Shown here: positions 61,402 to 64,000 of the stretch, one piece after another
Layout: the number at the start of each line of letters is the position of its first letter
Position numbering within the stretch: position 1 is the stretch's first letter
Source of the DNA: Elsinoe ampelina
Taxonomy: Eukaryota
NCBI GenBank assembly: GCA_010093995.1
Contig: ML992529.1
Coordinates: 1-64,000 of the forward strand
Length of the DNA stretch: 64,000 bases
Direction of reading: 5' to 3'
The notes under the pieces: generated by a model
What the model was told of the DNA's origin: nothing
Seen by the model: only the letters and a program-made list of their open reading frames with translations
Database searches by the model: none
Translations under genes and position numbers: made by a program

Positions 61402-61650
61402 ATGGGTCGTGGAGGATACAACACCCCCTTGGTCGTCTTCGGCAGAGGAGGCTACAACGCCCCCGCCCGAGCAGGCGAAGACGAGGGTCGAGGCGGGTAC
61501 AACGCCCCGGTCAACGCTGGACGAGGAGGCTACAACAAAGCCGGCGGCGAAGACGAGGGTCGAGGCGGGTACAACGGTCCCATTAACTTTGGGCGAGGAG
61601 GATACAACAAGGATGGCGGCGAAGACGAGGGTCGCGGTGGATACAACTAG
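61402..61650 (+). CDS. 82-aa protein of seven GRGGYN repeats; function unknown
   Basis: ATG in ACAATG context after a CA-rich leader and a TATAA box near 61240. Seven exact hexapeptide cores differ only at synonymous sites, and the stop follows the last core directly. Confidence 0.85.
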   Translation: MGRGGYNTPLVVFGRGGYNAPARAGEDEGRGGYNAPVNAGRGGYNKAGGEDEGRGGYNGPINFGRGGYNKDGGEDEGRGGYN

Positions 61651-61974
61651 ATCTGCATTTCATTTCCCTTCTCCTGGGACAGATTGGGCATAGCATTGCG
61701 AGGATCGGAAGGGATAGATCTGTACAACACCTCTCTTGCGACATATTTACACGACCACGGCATAGACACTGGACCATCGACACGACCATGTCCTTCATCA
61801 TTCGAGCATAGCAGGACCACGGACAGGAGGGAAGAATAGAGGAGCATCACCCCGGCGCCAGACAAGATGGGATACATTTCACTCGTTCACACACACACAC
61901 ATCTCCTTTTCGTCATACTTTCTCTCCGTCATCTCTACTAGACAGTTTCACCACTGAGAATGTTGATCCATTCC

Positions 61975-63861
61975 CTATTTGCCTACACAAAACCTCTCAA
62001 ACACAACCCCCAAGACCTCTTCCACATCTCCCTGTTCCCCCTTACCAGTGATCCGTGCCAGACACCCAGCCGCATTACGCAAGTGCTCAGCAGCGAGGAC
62101 AAAGTCTAGTTCCCCGTCACTCTCTCCCTGTATGTGTTCCATATCTTGCCTCATCCGTGACTCATTGCAGTGACCAGACCCGGACACCGCATGCCGTCCA
62201 ATGTCGAGAAACAGGCCAAGGTGCTCGTTACATTCTTCCAGCAAGAGGCGTTGGCGCTCGGTCGCCCCTAGAGATTCTTGCCAGATCGAGGTGTCAGCGT
62301 CCGAGGTATCCGCCGTGTCTGAGGCGGTCACCGCGCGGGTCATGGCGTGAAAAGTGGTGACGAGGCCGGAGAGGAAGGAAGGAATGCCAGCATCTGGAGA
62401 AGCAGTGGTTGGCTGTAGAGTAGTGTTGGGTCGGCATGATAGCATGTGAATGTCTTCTGACCGCAGACCAGGTATGGCTGCTTGAATGCCGCCCGTAATC
62501 TCGCTGTCTGGGAGGTCGGGCGGCTTCTGATCGATCTTGTTGACGACGACCAGAATGTTGTGTCCTTGGCCAACGAGTGTGCGTGCGGTGTCAAGAACCT
62601 CCTCGTCGAGCTTGAGGGCGGGACTGGAGCTGTCGGGCTCGAATGATAGGGCGACAATGACTAGGTCGCTCTCTGCTGCTCTCGCTTTTGCCCTTCGTAT
62701 GCCCTCTTGCTCCACAATCCCAATGTCCTGGCTTTTGTGTCGGCCGTTGTCCTCGGTAGGCAGGTTCAGAGCCCGTCTCAACCCTGCTGTGTCACCGAAT
62801 CGACAGAGGTAGCCACCGATATCAACCGATACCTCAACCACATCTCTTGTCGTTCCAGCCTCGTGGCTGACAATGGCTGCCTCCCGACCGACGATCCTGT
62901 TCAGCAGACTGCTCTTGCCAGCGTTTGGTGCTCCAAGGAGACTGATGCTAATACCGTTGCGGAGAAGTTCGCCTCTGACTGCGTTCCGGGTGTGAGCTTC
63001 AAGAGTCTTCTGTAACTCAAGGACCTGCTGGGCAACATTCCCAATGAGCTCCGCCGGCGACTCATCAAAATGCTGATCTTCCGAAAAGTCAATGAGTGCT
63101 TCAAGCTCGCCACGAGCAGACAACAAGAGCTGACGCCATGACTCGTAGCGTCGGGTAAGATTGCTGACAGTCCCTCGGACAGACAAACGTCTTTGTTGCT
63201 CTGTCACAGCTGACAACGAGTCTCCCAGAGCTTCGACCTGTGTCAAGTCCATGCGATCATTGAAGAAAGCTCGGCGTGAGAATTCTCCTGCTTCCGCGTA
63301 CCGAATGCTGCCAGTCTTGCCCGAGCACTTTGGGATGGCAGACAGCACAGCCTTGACGATGGCTGGACCTCCGTGTACATGAAGCTCGAGGACATCTTCT
63401 CCAGTGACGCTGTGGGGACCAGGGAAGAAGAGGATCAGAGCATTCGAGTCGAGCATAGTCTGCTGGGAGGGCGCCACGTGTGGCTCGTAGAGCGTGCGGA
63501 TAGCAGCATAGCGTGGTTTGGGCACCGTCTTCCCGGGACTCAATCCATGGTAGACGAGTCTTGCTCCAGGTCCGGAGATTCGGATGACAGCTATACCAGC
63601 TCTTCCAGGGGCAGTGGAAAGGGCATAGATCGTTGAACCTAATCCAAAGGCTCCATCACCGTGTAAGTCATCGGCTTGATTGTATGTCGGAGCTTCTATA
63701 TTCCCGCTTGCTCTTGTGCCTGCGGTCTCATGTGGATGATGTAATCGTGTGGATGAAATGGACCAAGGACCCCAGATGGGCCCCTCATGGGGGATTCGAA
63801 GGCGGTGCGCGGATCTTCGTGCTGACCTCAGATGTCGAAGGAGACATCTCGAAGCCAGCAT
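61975..63861 (-). CDS. MSS1: Mitochondrial tRNA modification GTPase (MnmE/TrmE)
   Basis: TIYALSTAPGRAGIAVIRISG, TGEDVLELHVHGG, GAPNAGKSSL, GTTRD, DTAGLR, NKID and a C-terminal FCVGK. Presequence-like N-terminus. Confidence 0.95.
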   Translation of the reverse strand: MLASRCLLRHLRSARRSAHRLRIPHEGPIWGPWSISSTRLHHPHETAGTRASGNIEAPTYNQADDLHGDGAFGLGSTIYALSTAPGRAGIAVIRISGPGARLVYHGLSPGKTVPKPRYAAIRTLYEPHVAPSQQTMLDSNALILFFPGPHSVTGEDVLELHVHGGPAIVKAVLSAIPKCSGKTGSIRYAEAGEFSRRAFFNDRMDLTQVEALGDSLSAVTEQQRRLSVRGTVSNLTRRYESWRQLLLSARGELEALIDFSEDQHFDESPAELIGNVAQQVLELQKTLEAHTRNAVRGELLRNGISISLLGAPNAGKSSLLNRIVGREAAIVSHEAGTTRDVVEVSVDIGGYLCRFGDTAGLRRALNLPTEDNGRHKSQDIGIVEQEGIRRAKARAAESDLVIVALSFEPDSSSPALKLDEEVLDTARTLVGQGHNILVVVNKIDQKPPDLPDSEITGGIQAAIPGLRSEDIHMLSCRPNTTLQPTTASPDAGIPSFLSGLVTTFHAMTRAVTASDTADTSDADTSIWQESLGATERQRLLLEECNEHLGLFLDIGRHAVSGSGHCNESRMRQDMEHIQGESDGELDFVLAAEHLRNAAGCLARITGKGEQGDVEEVLGVVFERFCVGK

Positions 63862-64000
63862 GCAGTCGATTGCACAGTACGTCGAAATGTCAGATTGTGA
63901 AGGGGATGATTGTTGATGGAGAAGAATTATTGTACTTGATCTTCACCGCAGTGCCAAGGCCGAGGCAAGGTTGCTATCGAACATCTTGCGACGGGCTCGG

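Noticed and set aside
61402..61650. CRISPR-like repeat-spacer appearance of the GRGGYN array
   Set aside because: The repeats are 18 nt, vary at third codon positions, have spacers in multiples of three and lie in a eukaryotic locus with no cas genes. It is a coding repeat.
61888..61901. (CA)n tract downstream of the GRGGYN gene
   Set aside because: Ordinary short microsatellite in the convergent 3' region.

Overview
Fungal (Pezizomycotina-type) chromosomal DNA with short GT-AG introns and about 23 recognisable protein-coding genes. Housekeeping genes include GYP7, AIM32-like, HUS1, MAK16, DHR1, PAC3-like, FES1, actin, CYC2-like and MSS1. Other genes are two secreted GH3 beta-glucosidases, an FAD monooxygenase, two MFS transporters, an ABCB transporter, two Zn2Cys6 factors and an amino-acid permease. 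There are two AT-rich blocks with the TpA-rich signature of repeat-induced point mutation (RIP). The second block (17888-21534) resolves into a fossil PIF/Harbinger-type DNA transposon plus an adjacent related MITE, sharing AAT target-site duplications. Mutation from the first block (1-~5600) has spread into a neighbouring host gene and truncated it. The most unusual feature is an 82-aa intronless ORF (61402-61650) built from seven exact GRGGYN cores, each separated by alternating hydrophobic and acidic spacers and synonymously recoded. It is a candidate repeat-peptide precursor with no signal peptide and no Kex2 sites. All calls come from reading the sequence and recalled motifs; no database searches were run.
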